A stretch of DNA of 64,000 nt from Methanocella sp. (GCA_050261115.1 JBLNCY010000010.1:64001-128000); one strand, 5' to 3'; numbered from the stretch's first letter, positions 1-10,911 are shown. A program made the numbers and translations. Notes: generated by a model not told the origin, from the letters alone.

Positions 1-2
1 CA

Positions 3-323
3 CCCCCACCGGCGCCGCCAAAGGGCTTCTGGAACGAATTCAAGGACTTCCTAAGTAAATACAAGGTTCTGGGTCTAGCTATCGGTTTCGTGTTAGGTTT
101 GTACTTGGGTACTTTGGTTCAGTCGGTTGTCACTGGCTTAATCATGCCAGTAATCGGCTTGGCTCTTGGTCCCGGTTTAGGTAACTTGGCGGATGCTACA
201 TTCGAATTAGGCGGGCAGTCTTTCCTGTGGGGCAGCGTAATAGCCGCATTGATTACGTTTGTGATAGTGGCGTTAATTGCGTTCGTGGTCGTTAAAGTAG
301 CAAATCGCTGGAAAATTGAGTAG
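3..323 (+). CDS. mscL: Large-conductance mechanosensitive channel MscL family (5' end outside window)
   Basis: Frame open from base 3: ...FWNEFKDFLSKYKVLGLAIGFVLG...LVQSVVTGLIMP...WGSVIAALITFVIVALIAF, the MscL N-terminal and TM1/TM2 pattern. Confidence 0.85.
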   Translation, partial: PPPAPPKGFWNEFKDFLSKYKVLGLAIGFVLGLYLGTLVQSVVTGLIMPVIGLALGPGLGNLADATFELGGQSFLWGSVIAALITFVIVALIAFVVVKVANRWKIE

Positions 324-543
324 TTAAAACCCGATTTCTTCACGGATTGGGGCTACGGGTGCCGGTAGCATGATTGCTGCTGCATCTGTAGTCTTTACTG
401 CCTTTTTTTGATTCTGGGCGGCATATTCTTTTAAGCCAAGTGCGATTAGGTGTTCGATGAAGGTGCTTCTTTTTTCTCTTCCGCGCATGTTTCGAGTTCT
501 CGGAAAAGTTTTTGGTAACGGTTATGCTTATGTTATGCTTCAA
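324..543 (-). pseudogene. Frameshifted ribbon-helix-helix (CopG-like) protein
   Basis: TTG at 543 gives MKHNISITVTK; the frame from ATG 488 gives MRGREKRSTFIEHLIALGLKEY...stop 324. Adding one A in each of two A-runs (509-513, 490-492) restores MKHNISITVTKKLFRELENMRGREKRSTFIEHLIALGL, an RHH pattern. Confidence 0.5.
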
Positions 544-620
544 CCTGAACCAAAAATTATACATAATATACTTGGTATACAAAAAAAGCGTTACTACACA
601 AAATATCCTGCGGGAAACCT

Positions 621-1058
621 ATGAAACCCCTCCGCGTATCCGACGATGCCCACCAAAAACTCACCGCTATGCTAGGTGAAATAACCGCCCAAACCATGAG
701 AATCCAAACCTACACCGACGCCATCGAAAACCTCCTCTCCACAAGTGTTAACCTCCCCCCCGAACTCCTCAACGAAACCCAAACCTTTATCGAAAACAAC
801 CGCAATCTCGGCTACACCAGTCGCGAAGAATTCATCCGAGACGCCATCCGCACGCAACTCAAATACAAAAAATACCAATACACCTGCCTCGAAATCCCCA
901 CCGAAGACTACGAACGAATGCAGCAAGCACTCCAAGACTTAGGCTCCGACTACTTGAGCGTAGAGGACTTTATCAACCACCAAATACGCACCCTACTCAC
1001 AAGATACCAAGAAATGCTCAAAGAGAACGAAACATACGAACGTAAAAAATCCCGATAA
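621..1058 (+). CDS. Protein with three tandem ribbon-helix-helix-like units
   Basis: KPLRVSDDAHQKL..TYTDAIENLL; TSVNLPPELLNE..YTSREEFIRDAIR; TCLEIPTEDYERM..YLSVEDFINHQIR. Confidence 0.7.
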   Translation: MKPLRVSDDAHQKLTAMLGEITAQTMRIQTYTDAIENLLSTSVNLPPELLNETQTFIENNRNLGYTSREEFIRDAIRTQLKYKKYQYTCLEIPTEDYERMQQALQDLGSDYLSVEDFINHQIRTLLTRYQEMLKENETYERKKSR

Positions 1059-1080
1059 CCGTCCTGCTGATTAGTGGGCG

Positions 1081-1136
1081 CTGTTGTTTTGCCGGGAGAC
1101 CCGTCGTTTATATATAGAGTCAACCATGGGTTCAAA
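1081..1136 (-). repeat. Dispersed intergenic repeat, copy 1
   Basis: Reverse strand TTGAACCCATGGTTGACTCTATATATAAACGACGGGTCTCCCGGCAAAACAACAG; shares AACCCRTGGTTGACTCTATATAT with copy 4. Confidence 0.7.
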
Positions 1137-1411
1137 CCATCCTTGAAATCAGCCATGCTGGCTATATCGCTTGGGTGTGCTTCTATCTTGTATGTCTAAA
1201 TGCAGGTTGTGCTGTTCGTTTTTTGGTGGTGTGGTTTTTGCTGTTTTGGTAACTGGGGGTTTGTTCTGTTCTTAGTCAAGGTTGATTTACTGGTTATAAT
1301 TAAATGCAATATTGCTATTCAATACATGGAACGTGCGGTTTCTTTAGCTAAGATTTTATATACAGACTAGCGCTTACTCCCAAATGCCACATTATCCATG
1401 GGCTGATTCGA

Positions 1412-4087
1412 ATGAATAACAAAAAACCCATTGTATTTACCCTCATCTGCCTGTTAACCTTCACAGGTACCCTAAGTCTGCTCAACCCCACTCAAGCAGA
1501 AACCTGGACAGATATACCACTTCCATACACCATTACCCAGAGCGGCAACTACCGCATCTCTGGCGCCTTCAACGTAACCGGAACAGCATTATCCATAAAC
1601 GCAAGTAACGTAGTCGTCGACGGCCAGAACCACTTAATTTCTCTCAATCAAAGTGAAGGCGACACCGCAATCGCCATAGCGAAAAACAGCAAAAACGTGC
1701 TGCTGAAAAACATTAACGCAACAGGCGCAGACTACGGCGTCTACTCCAGAGAAGGCAACTTTACCCTTACCGATTCACTTTTCACCAATAACACCTCAAC
1801 CGGCGTCTTCGCCTTTAACGCGACAGGTTTCACAGTTCAAAACTCAAGAACAAGCGAGAGCGCCTACGGCATAGTCGCCATCGACTGCAGCAATTTCCTC
1901 ATAAACGACTGTCACATAAAAAATAACCTAAAAGGCATAGTCGCTGTTCTAAGTAGCGGTTTAAGTATTCAAGGAACCCACTTTAACGGCAACGGTGAAG
2001 CTGTATCGGTTCAGAATTGCACAAACGTAAAAATCGACAGCTCTATGCTAGTTGAAAATGAAGCTGCAATAAACGCCACCTATACCACACTTAGCGCTTT
2101 TAACGTAAACGCTTCAAATAACATTGTCTTCGCATTTTACCTCTCAAACAGTACCTTCAACGCAGCTAATTGTACATGTACTAACAATGCAGCAGGCTTG
2201 TATGCTATGTTCAGCAACTACACCATAACTAACTCGTCATTTTCAAATAACCTTTTAGCAGGAGCATACTCTGGCTACAGCAACGGAACACTACTTCATT
2301 GCGCAGTAGAGAACAATACGTACGGCGAATTTTCGGTCATGAATAATGCCACAATTATAGATGACTGCAGTGTTAAAAACAACGAATATGGTCTAGTAAT
2401 TCTCGCCAGCCAAACTATGATAGTTAAAGACTCTTTGTTCTTCAACAACACCCTCGCTGGATTATGGGATCAACAGAGCAGCAGCTCCATACTATCCCGC
2501 AATAACTTTACTCAAAACGGCTTCTCCAACGAAAGCCAGGAATACGGCGGAGGTGCATTATTTCAGGTAGAAAGCAACAGTACAGTCACAGATAATACAT
2601 TCAAGAACAACTATGAGGCCCTACTCATAGGCGGATTCGAAGATGAAACAATAAACACAATAGTTTACAATTACAACAAGTTTGAGAACAACAGCTACAC
2701 CTTCGACTTCAACTATAATCTCCCAAGCAACAGTTCAAACCTCGAGATCCACTTCTACAACAACTACGTCAACGACACAGCCTACATTAGCCCACTAAGC
2801 TTCATAAACGAAGGAATGACTGTACCATCTGCGAACGTTCTTTTCCTCAACACTACACTCCAAGCTGGCAAAAGAGTCACGCTTGACGGCGCACGCATGA
2901 TCGGCGGCAACTACTGGGCACACCCAAACGGCACAGGCTTTAGCCAAACCGCAGCTGACACCAATACCGACGGCTTTGCTGATGATGCCTTTGACCTCTT
3001 TGGCGACGGCACAGTCTATGATTACCTACCCTACACCTCAAGCTACGTCGAAAAAGTAGCAGCTTTAGAAATTACACCCCAGACCCCCATAGTAAAGGCG
3101 GGTGAACCAGTGACCTTTGGTGCCACTGCATATGACGAGTACGGTAACGCATGGAACGCCACCGCCTCATACACCATCGAAGGCAATGAATTCAACGGCA
3201 CCATAACCGCCTACAGCGTAGGCGCATACTATGTGGAAGCAACCTACGGCGGTAAAAGCGCAAACACCACCCTGACCATAGTTCCCAACGAGGTAGACCG
3301 CTATGTCATCTTAACGCCAAATAGCGCCAAAGCCAACATGTCCTTCACCATCAGAATCCTAGCAGTAGACGCCTACAACAACATAGTGACCGACTATTCT
3401 GGTAAGGTAACCTTGAGCCTAAACGCCACCAACATCAGCCCCCGAGAAACTGGCGACTTCACCTACGGCTCTTGGATGGGAACCGTAACCATAACCGACA
3501 CAGGAACCTTCACAATAACCGCCAAAGACAGCAACGGAAAAACAGGCACTAGCAACGCTCTCACCATTGAGCAAGAAACCGCCATACCCACTACTCCACC
3601 GCCCCCTCCCTCAACTGATAGCGTTCAGGCAACCAAAGAAGACGGCACAAAAGTAACCTTATCCCTCGATGGTAACATAACAAGCTCACAGATAACCAAC
3701 ATGACAATCACAACCAACCAAACTGATCGCACAACAATGATATCTTTCACCATTACGGGTCCTGCGGGTGGCAATGGTTTCTGTAATATCACAATCGCTA
3801 AAAGCTCAATAGCCTTTGGCTCAATTCCCATAGTGCTAATTGATGGGCAGACAGTAGCAAACCAAGGCTTCACTGAAGACAATCAAAATTTCTATGTATG
3901 GTTCACTACAAGCTTTAGTACTCATCGAGTAGAAATCCAATTTAACGAGAGGACACAACCGACTAGTCCTCCAACTGAAAATGACTCAAATTGGTGGGTT
4001 ACTCCTGTTGCCCTCATAGTGGGTTTAGCAATTGTTTCGGTTGCGCTGGTGTTCGTCTTTAGCAGAAGAACAAGGCTGCACCGTTAA
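1412..4087 (+). CDS. Secreted, membrane-anchored parallel beta-helix (NosD-like) cell-surface protein with Ig-like domains
   Basis: Signal peptide, Asn-rich beta-helix repeats, GGNYW..PNGTGFSQ..DTNTDGF motif, Pro/Thr linker, C-terminal TM helix plus RRTR. Confidence 0.8.
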   Translation: MNNKKPIVFTLICLLTFTGTLSLLNPTQAETWTDIPLPYTITQSGNYRISGAFNVTGTALSINASNVVVDGQNHLISLNQSEGDTAIAIAKNSKNVLLKNINATGADYGVYSREGNFTLTDSLFTNNTSTGVFAFNATGFTVQNSRTSESAYGIVAIDCSNFLINDCHIKNNLKGIVAVLSSGLSIQGTHFNGNGEAVSVQNCTNVKIDSSMLVENEAAINATYTTLSAFNVNASNNIVFAFYLSNSTFNAANCTCTNNAAGLYAMFSNYTITNSSFSNNLLAGAYSGYSNGTLLHCAVENNTYGEFSVMNNATIIDDCSVKNNEYGLVILASQTMIVKDSLFFNNTLAGLWDQQSSSSILSRNNFTQNGFSNESQEYGGGALFQVESNSTVTDNTFKNNYEALLIGGFEDETINTIVYNYNKFENNSYTFDFNYNLPSNSSNLEIHFYNNYVNDTAYISPLSFINEGMTVPSANVLFLNTTLQAGKRVTLDGARMIGGNYWAHPNGTGFSQTAADTNTDGFADDAFDLFGDGTVYDYLPYTSSYVEKVAALEITPQTPIVKAGEPVTFGATAYDEYGNAWNATASYTIEGNEFNGTITAYSVGAYYVEATYGGKSANTTLTIVPNEVDRYVILTPNSAKANMSFTIRILAVDAYNNIVTDYSGKVTLSLNATNISPRETGDFTYGSWMGTVTITDTGTFTITAKDSNGKTGTSNALTIEQETAIPTTPPPPPSTDSVQATKEDGTKVTLSLDGNITSSQITNMTITTNQTDRTTMISFTITGPAGGNGFCNITIAKSSIAFGSIPIVLIDGQTVANQGFTEDNQNFYVWFTTSFSTHRVEIQFNERTQPTSPPTENDSNWWVTPVALIVGLAIVSVALVFVFSRRTRLHR

Positions 4088-4234
4088 CCCCTTTTTCTTC
4101 TCCTCTTTTTTTAGAAATTTTTATGCTTGATTGGTTGAGGTTTTGGCGCTTAAGTATTTTAGAGGTGCCGCGAACGGTACGGTTTATATCAAACATACAA
4201 CTAAAAATAAACTGGATTTATAGAGGAATTATCT

Positions 4235-4558
4235 ATGAGCACTGAACCATTCCACTTAACCGACTCCAATTTTGAAGAAACCCTAAAAACAAACAAGATC
4301 GTGCTGGTGGATTTCTGGGCAAATTGGTGTGGCCCCTGCCGAGCACTGGCGCCAACTATCGCGGATTTAGCAAAAGAATACAGCGGAAAAGTACTAATCA
4401 GCAAACTCGACGTGGATGAAAACCCCCAGACCGCCGAGAAATTCCAGGTATTCAGTATCCCCACAATGATTCTCTTCAAAGATGGCCAAGAAGTCGAGCG
4501 CCTAGTTGGCTTATGCCCAAGAAACAGAATCACTGACACAATAGCAAAGCACCAGTAA
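4235..4558 (+). CDS. trxA: Thioredoxin
   Basis: DFWANWCGPC motif, 107 aa. Confidence 0.97.
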   Translation: MSTEPFHLTDSNFEETLKTNKIVLVDFWANWCGPCRALAPTIADLAKEYSGKVLISKLDVDENPQTAEKFQVFSIPTMILFKDGQEVERLVGLCPRNRITDTIAKHQ

Positions 4559-4575
4559 GAACGCCCTAAGCGTTT

Positions 4576-5196
4576 CTACTTCATCTTTTCATACATTTTC
4601 TCAAGAGTCCAGCGTACGCTCGACTTAAGTTCCTTTAAGCGTTCCTCATCCACGTTTTTGATAATTATTTCACGGATTAAGTCGCCCTCGCGGACAATGT
4701 TGTAGCTAAACATCTTATCAGGCGAAAGCTGCCCCAACCGAACGAGTTCCTTGTCCTTTTCCTGCATCTTGGCAAAAACTTTCTCAACTAAAAAGTTGCC
4801 AAAGGGCGGAGTATTGACGCTGAACTTCTTGCTCTCATCAGGCATAATATGAATTTGCTGCTTCTCAAAATACATCAACGCGAGGGGTTCTTCAGCCATC
4901 GTTTTGAGTGGTATAACGGTTTCTTGCTCAACAGGCAAGGCCGCGGCAGTGGGCACTTCGGGTTTCGCTGGTTCTGCTGCTGGTTGGGGTAAGATAACCT
5001 CCTTCATAGCGGGAGGCGCCTGAGTTGAGGCGTCTTTTACATCTCCGCGCTTGAAGCCCACCTGCAGTAGTACATTGTTAATGATGTCTAGGGTTGCTTG
5101 GGTTTCTTTAACTTCAGCGTTTAATTTTTCTAGCTGGTCCTCTAGCCGCTTCTTGAAAGCGAGTACTGCCTTCATTTTCTCTGGGTCTTGGGCCAA
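4576..5196 (-). CDS. Hypothetical protein with N-terminal coiled coil
   Basis: 206-aa ORF with protein-like composition filling the gap between trxA and metG. Confidence 0.75.
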   Translation of the reverse strand: MAQDPEKMKAVLAFKKRLEDQLEKLNAEVKETQATLDIINNVLLQVGFKRGDVKDASTQAPPAMKEVILPQPAAEPAKPEVPTAAALPVEQETVIPLKTMAEEPLALMYFEKQQIHIMPDESKKFSVNTPPFGNFLVEKVFAKMQEKDKELVRLGQLSPDKMFSYNIVREGDLIREIIIKNVDEERLKELKSSVRWTLEKMYEKMK

Positions 5197-5347
5197 ACCT
5201 GCTGCACCTTTACGCTATTTACGCAATTACTTGTTTATCAGTTTAACCCTTATCGGCATCTAAGAAATAAAATAGCGTCCCCTTTTGCCAAGCGCGTAAA
5301 AACAATTTAAATAAGGACGCTGCTAAACGATTGTTGGAGACTAAACT

Positions 5348-7042
5348 TTGCCAGAGAAAGTTCTCGTAACATCCGCTTGGCCATACATTAACGCCACACC
5401 ACACTTAGGCAATCTCGTCGGCTCAGTCCTCTCAGCAGACGTAACCGCCCGCTACTATAGACTCAAAGGCGCCCAAACCCTAATGGTCAGCGGTTCAGAC
5501 ACACATGGCACCCCCATGGAAGTCGCCGCCCTAAAAGAAGGGATAACACCGAAGGCGCTTACGGAGCGCAACCACAAAAAAGTCGCCGATCTCTTCCAAA
5601 GATGGGATGCCTCATTTGATAATTACACAAGCACCGAGAGCCCAGTTCACAAGGAATTTGTCCAAAAAACCCTACTTGAAATCCAGCAGAATGGCTACAT
5701 ATTTGAGCAGGACACCCAGATGCTCTACTGCGCGCACGATCAACGCTTCTTACCTGACCGGTTTGTGGAGGGTACCTGCCCATGCTGTGGCGCCGAGAAT
5801 GCACGCGGCGACCAATGCGATGTGTGCGGCAAACTTCTTGAGCCCGCATTGCTTGTTGAGCCCTACTGTATCCTTTGCAAAAACAAACCGATCGTGAAAA
5901 CCACAAGGCACTGGTACATCGATTTAACGAAACTTGAAAAACCCCTCATAGAATACATCGAGGGTAACAAGCAGCTACCCGCGAATAGCAAGGGCTTTAG
6001 TCTCAACTGGATTAAGGAGGGCCTCAAACCCCGTGCAGTTACCCGCGATGTCGAATGGGGTATACCTGCCCCGTTTAAGGGAGCGGAGGGCAAAACCATC
6101 TATGTCTGGGTGGAAGCTGTGCTGGGCTATGTCTCCGCAACCATCGAGTACAGCCAGAGGGCTGGTAAACCTGACCTTTGGAAAGAATACTGGCTTAACA
6201 AAGACGCCAAGACTCTCTACTTCGTGGGGAAAGACAACATCCCCTTCCACACCATCATCCTCCCAGCGCTCCTTTTAGCTTCAGGGCAAGGGTATAATCT
6301 GCCCTACAACGTATCCGCAACTGAGTTCCTACAGTTCAAGGGGCAAAAAGCGTCCAAAAGCAAAAAAGTGGGCATCTGGATCGATGAAGCACTCGAAATG
6401 TTCCCCGTCGACTACTGGCGTTTCTTCCTCATCGCTACCCGTCCCGAGAGCAAAGACACCAACTTTACCTGGAGCGGGTTTGCAGACAAAATCAACGCTG
6501 ATCTAAACGACACGTTTGGGAACTTTATCCACCGCACCCTCTCCTTTATCAACAGCAAATTCGAAGCAATCATCCCCCCACCAACAAAACTTGACCAAGA
6601 CGACCAAGCCGTGCTGGATGCAGTTAAGGAAAAAGTGGCGCAGGCCGCCAGGGAAATTGAGGATGGCTGGCTACAATCCGCCGCCAACAGCCTAATCGCC
6701 CTAAGCCGGATCGGCAACCAATACCTAAACACTAAGGAACCCTGGAACCTCATTAAAACCGACAGGGAAAAAGCCGGCACCGTCTTTTATGTCTCAACCC
6801 AAGTCGTCAAAGCCATAACCGTAGCCTCAGAGCCATTTATGCCCCAGACCGCACAGCAACTCTGGCAAATCCTCAACCTACCCGGAACCGTACATCAATG
6901 CAACTGGGCAGAAGCGACTGTCCCCCTGGAGGCGGGACATAAAATCCAAAAGCCACAACCGCTCTTTCACAAAGTCGACACCAACGAAGACACCTTCGAC
7001 GAGCAACTTGCAGCCATACGCGCCAAAGCAGGAGCAAAATAG
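5348..7042 (+). CDS. metG: Methionine--tRNA ligase (no C-terminal tRNA-binding appendage)
   Basis: TSAWPYIN..PHLGN, zinc knuckles, KASKS (KMSKS-like) motif. Confidence 0.97.
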   Translation: MPEKVLVTSAWPYINATPHLGNLVGSVLSADVTARYYRLKGAQTLMVSGSDTHGTPMEVAALKEGITPKALTERNHKKVADLFQRWDASFDNYTSTESPVHKEFVQKTLLEIQQNGYIFEQDTQMLYCAHDQRFLPDRFVEGTCPCCGAENARGDQCDVCGKLLEPALLVEPYCILCKNKPIVKTTRHWYIDLTKLEKPLIEYIEGNKQLPANSKGFSLNWIKEGLKPRAVTRDVEWGIPAPFKGAEGKTIYVWVEAVLGYVSATIEYSQRAGKPDLWKEYWLNKDAKTLYFVGKDNIPFHTIILPALLLASGQGYNLPYNVSATEFLQFKGQKASKSKKVGIWIDEALEMFPVDYWRFFLIATRPESKDTNFTWSGFADKINADLNDTFGNFIHRTLSFINSKFEAIIPPPTKLDQDDQAVLDAVKEKVAQAAREIEDGWLQSAANSLIALSRIGNQYLNTKEPWNLIKTDREKAGTVFYVSTQVVKAITVASEPFMPQTAQQLWQILNLPGTVHQCNWAEATVPLEAGHKIQKPQPLFHKVDTNEDTFDEQLAAIRAKAGAK

Positions 7043-7045
7043 CCG

Positions 7046-7750
7046 TTGCTAATCCGCGCCGACCTCCATGTACACACAATCTACTCAAGCGACTCACTAA
7101 TAACCCCCCAAGACCTCGTCTACTACTCCAAAAAGCGCGGATTAAATGCCTGTGCAGTCACCGACCACAACTACCTAGACAGCGCCTACAAAATCGCCCG
7201 GGAAACCGATTTCCTAATCATCCCCGGTATGGAGGTGTCTAGCGCCGACGGGCACATAGTGGCCCTAAACGTTCATGAGCTTATCCCTCAAGGCTTAAGC
7301 GCAGTCGAGACAGTCAAGCGGATTCACGCCGTGGGGGGAGTGGCAATCGCATGTCACCCCTATGTTTTCTTCAAGGGCTGCTTACGCGATAATGTGTGTG
7401 AAGCGTTTGATGCTATTGAGGTTATTAATGCGCGGGCGTTTCCCTTCAAGAGCAGCGTTAAGAAAGCAGAGGCCGCCGCGGAGTGCTATAAGCTGTCTCG
7501 TGTTGCTGGAACTGACTCGCATTATGGGCCCCAGATCGGTTATGCCTACACAGAGATTGAAGTTTCTGAGCCAACTGTGGAGGCTATAGCTAAAGCCATT
7601 GTTGACGGACATTGCACTCCTCATGGGCAGCCTGTTCCGATAGCAACAAACCTCAATTTAACGGTGCAGCGGCTCAAGCGTTTAGTGAAAAAGTTTGCGT
7701 TTGCAAACCGGGATTCGCGCTTTCCGAACTGCATTCGACAAAATTGTTAG
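7046..7750 (+). CDS. PHP-domain metal-dependent phosphoesterase
   Basis: DLHVHT, TDHN, GMEVS, HP, GTDSH motifs. Confidence 0.9.
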   Translation: MLIRADLHVHTIYSSDSLITPQDLVYYSKKRGLNACAVTDHNYLDSAYKIARETDFLIIPGMEVSSADGHIVALNVHELIPQGLSAVETVKRIHAVGGVAIACHPYVFFKGCLRDNVCEAFDAIEVINARAFPFKSSVKKAEAAAECYKLSRVAGTDSHYGPQIGYAYTEIEVSEPTVEAIAKAIVDGHCTPHGQPVPIATNLNLTVQRLKRLVKKFAFANRDSRFPNCIRQNC

Positions 7751-8188
7751 GTGCACTCTGCAGGTTTGTGAAGGCTCAAGGGCTAAACAAGCGAATTCTA
7801 CTTTCTAAAAAGCATTACTACCAAAAGTGGGCAAGTGAGTTTTACAGTGATGAAATAGATTGAGTCAAGAAAAAAAAAGATCACAACAAAGCCCAATTCA
7901 AAAAAAGATGCCGATCTTTACCTGCTCATGCGGAAAACAAATCCTAATCGTTCCAGACCTTAAAATAATGAACAAAGCTACGAGACGCATGTGACGAGCA
8001 TAGGCGGCTAACAGCGCAGCGCATCACCGAAGACAAGATAGTCGATAGAATTATGGCTGTTTTGAGCCAAAATTTTTTCTAGCCTATGGGGAACCTTTCC
8101 CGATTGCACCTCAAGTAACCGGCACAACCGCTAATGCCACAAGAACCGTCAAGGCAATAACGAGAACAGCCCGACTCTCAATAAATTC

Positions 8189-8276
8189 TGGTGCAGAGGG
8201 TGGGATTCGAACCCACGAACCCCTACGGGATAGGCTCCTGAAGCCTACGCCTTTGACCTGGCTCGGCGACCTCTGC
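8189..8276 (-). tRNA. tRNA-Leu(CAG), intronless, CCA encoded
   Basis: GCAGAGG acceptor stem, anticodon arm TAGGC-TTCAGGA-GCCTA, long variable arm, GTTCGAATC T-loop, ends ACCA. Confidence 0.97.
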
Positions 8277-8497
8277 ACAATTTGCTCTAATCAAAATAAT
8301 CCTGACTGATAAATATATTCACTGAGCCAAACGTAAAGCATACCAAACCAACCGCAAAAAATAATCGCTAAGGTAGCAACGCCTTAATCCAAAAAAAGCA
8401 TCTGGTTGTCCATGCTGTTTCTTGCTTGCAGCTTTACCTACCGCTCAAAAATGGCGTCGCTGTACAATAAATTTATATCCAAAAGCAAACGCAAAGG

Positions 8498-9809
8498 TTG
8501 ACACCTAAGAAGAAACAGACAATGGCCGAAATAGACACAGTAATACAAGCAACCGTAACAATATGCATACTGGTCTTCTCGGCAAAAATTCTAGGCGAAA
8601 TATTTTCCTGGCGAAAAATCCCCGCCGTACTAGGCGAACTTGTCGCTGGCATGATTCTTGGACCGTTTGCGTTAGGCGCTTTCCTAGTCATAAACGGCGT
8701 GCAACTCATTCAGATAAACGAAATTGTAAATGCCTTTGGCGAAATCGGCGGTATTCTTATCCTCTTTGCAGCGGGGTTAGAGATGACTTTTCAGGATTTT
8801 CGAAAAGTTGGAACAGCGGGCTTTCTCATCGGCACCCTTGGCGTTATCATTCCATTCGTAATGGGCTACGGCTTAGCACTCATCATGGGATACAGCACAG
8901 TTGTAGGCTTAGTTATTGGCGCCGCTCTTGTCGCAACCAGCATATCCATCACTTCGTTGGTGCTATGTGAGATTAATAAAACACGAAGCCCCGAAGCACG
9001 CTTGATGGTAAGCGCCGCCGTAGTTGATGACGTGTTAGGATTAGCTATCCTAGGTGTCATTGTTTCCTTTATATCATCTACTTCATCCATCACCGCGTTA
9101 GGCGTAGCCGAAGTAATCTTGTGGTCACTTGCGCTATGGCTTTGCTTAACAGTATTCTTAGCCATCATTCTGCCCCGCATAATTAATTTCCTCTCTAAAG
9201 GCAGATCTGATGGACCTATCGAAGCTGCAGCGACGGCCGCGTGTTTTGGAGCCTCCGCACTAGCCGCCTCATTGGGTTTATCTGCAATCGTGGGGGCTTT
9301 TGCAGCAGGCATGGCTATCGCCAGCTCCCGTATGATTGAAAAAATCCGAGACTATATTAAAAAAATCAGTACCATATTTTCGCGTCTTCTTCGCATTAGC
9401 CGGCGCTCAGTTTAATATCCAAAGCTTCCTCACTACAGACGGGATGTTTTACTTCTTCTTCATAGCGCTTGTTATAGTTGCGGTTCTAAGCAAGATTATT
9501 GGATGCGGTTTACCAGCGACATTTTTCCTTAAAGACCGCAAGAAGGGTCTCCAAGTAGGTTACGGCATGATTTCCCGCGGAGAAGTGGGGCTCATCGTGG
9601 CAGGAGTAGCCATCTCTGCGGGCGCTATCCAACAAGACGTTTACTCAGCAATCTTAGGCATGATTATCATAACAACGATAATTGCACCATTGCTACTGCG
9701 AAAATCTTACGATAAAGAGGCTGTAGAAGCGGGAGAAACCGTATGCACATGGGATAGAAGTGACCCGCCAGATTTCATTCCGACTTACCCGTTACCAGAC
9801 GAAAAATAG
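8498..9809 (+). pseudogene. Cation:proton antiporter (CPA2/NapA family), frameshifted near 9383
   Basis: ORFs 8498-9415 and 9336-9809 are consecutive parts (ATSISIT, AAVVDDV, then VFFALAG, MISRGEVG). The expected IFSPVFF reads TTT TCG C GTC TTC. Confidence 0.8.
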
Positions 9810-9950
9810 GCCCTTATTCGGGGGAACATTAGGTTTGGGCGGTAGCGGCGATTCCATTAAACTGCTCAATAAAAAAAACCACACACGCAACCATACACAC
9901 GTAAACCTTATAACACCACGAACCGTCTTTGCCCTCAATAGGCGAATACC

Positions 9951-10865
9951 ATGAAATTAGGCACCTTAACCTTCCAACCTCAAAAACCCCGAGGCTTCGA
10001 CTTTCATGTTTACCGAGTAAAACCCGAAACCGGGCTCCGTTTAACACCCCAAGCGGACATGGCCCACAACATCGCCGTCTTTGCCGACACACAGACCGGG
10101 CAACTCCACCCCGACTGGATCTCGCAGTCGCCGCTTGGACCAGCAAAATTTGGAAACAACAACTTTAACATCTACTGGAGCGTACTCTGCCCCACCCAAC
10201 CCGAATACCGCGAAGAACAACTCAAGTACATAGCCGAAGTAGACCGACAATCAAAACACGGCATATGGCTAAACAGCCACTACTTCGCCGACCACAGCCA
10301 CTGCACCTGCCCACGCTGCCAAGAACTCCAGCAAAAAAGCGGCTTAGGCATTATCCAGTGGCGCAGAAAAGTAGTAACAGACTACCTTGAACAAATAAGA
10401 AGCGCCGTCAAAAACGAGTTGGTTCTGTCAGTTCAACCCGACCCTGTAAGCTCACTTGAGCGCTACGGCGTCGACTTTGATGATGCCGCCAAATATGCCG
10501 ACCGCTTCAACGTAGTCATGTTCAGCAAAAACTATGCGACGCCCTGGTACTGGGAAATGCTTGCCCGCGCTTTCAAAAAGCTACTAACAAAACCCATGTA
10601 CATCAACTTTTATGTTTACGGCCCAGGCGACATGCCCCAAGATGTACCGCCACCCGCAGAAATCCTAACCGTCACCGTAAGATGCGCACGCGTCGGGGGA
10701 ATCGACGGGTTCGTATACTTAACCGACGGAGAAAAAGAAATGATTGACTTCCAAAAAGCAGCCGTTGAAAACACAGCGTTGCGTCAGAAGCTGCGTAGCT
10801 TTGGAGGCGAACCAGTCCAGCAGTATCTCGATGCCGTGGCAAACTGGGAAAAAATCATCCAATAA
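9951..10865 (+). CDS. Putative glycoside-hydrolase-like TIM-barrel protein with CxCxxC motif
   Basis: HPDW, LCPTQPEYRE, GIWLN, HCTCPRC, QWRR resemble GHL10/GH42-like patterns. Confidence 0.5.
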   Translation: MKLGTLTFQPQKPRGFDFHVYRVKPETGLRLTPQADMAHNIAVFADTQTGQLHPDWISQSPLGPAKFGNNNFNIYWSVLCPTQPEYREEQLKYIAEVDRQSKHGIWLNSHYFADHSHCTCPRCQELQQKSGLGIIQWRRKVVTDYLEQIRSAVKNELVLSVQPDPVSSLERYGVDFDDAAKYADRFNVVMFSKNYATPWYWEMLARAFKKLLTKPMYINFYVYGPGDMPQDVPPPAEILTVTVRCARVGGIDGFVYLTDGEKEMIDFQKAAVENTALRQKLRSFGGEPVQQYLDAVANWEKIIQ

Positions 10866-10911
10866 CTTTTCTTTTCCACTACATTTTTATCGTAAAGCAC
10901 GCTAGGGTTTA

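Noticed and set aside
1272-1285. AGTCAAGGTT shared with ~16964 (reverse) and 49728
   Set aside because: Only half-site matches without the GAC arm; cannot be distinguished from chance
7751-8188. Integrated element remnant next to the tRNA-Leu 3' end
   Set aside because: No duplicated tRNA 3' end (att site) or integrase found; only a short signal-peptide-like fragment
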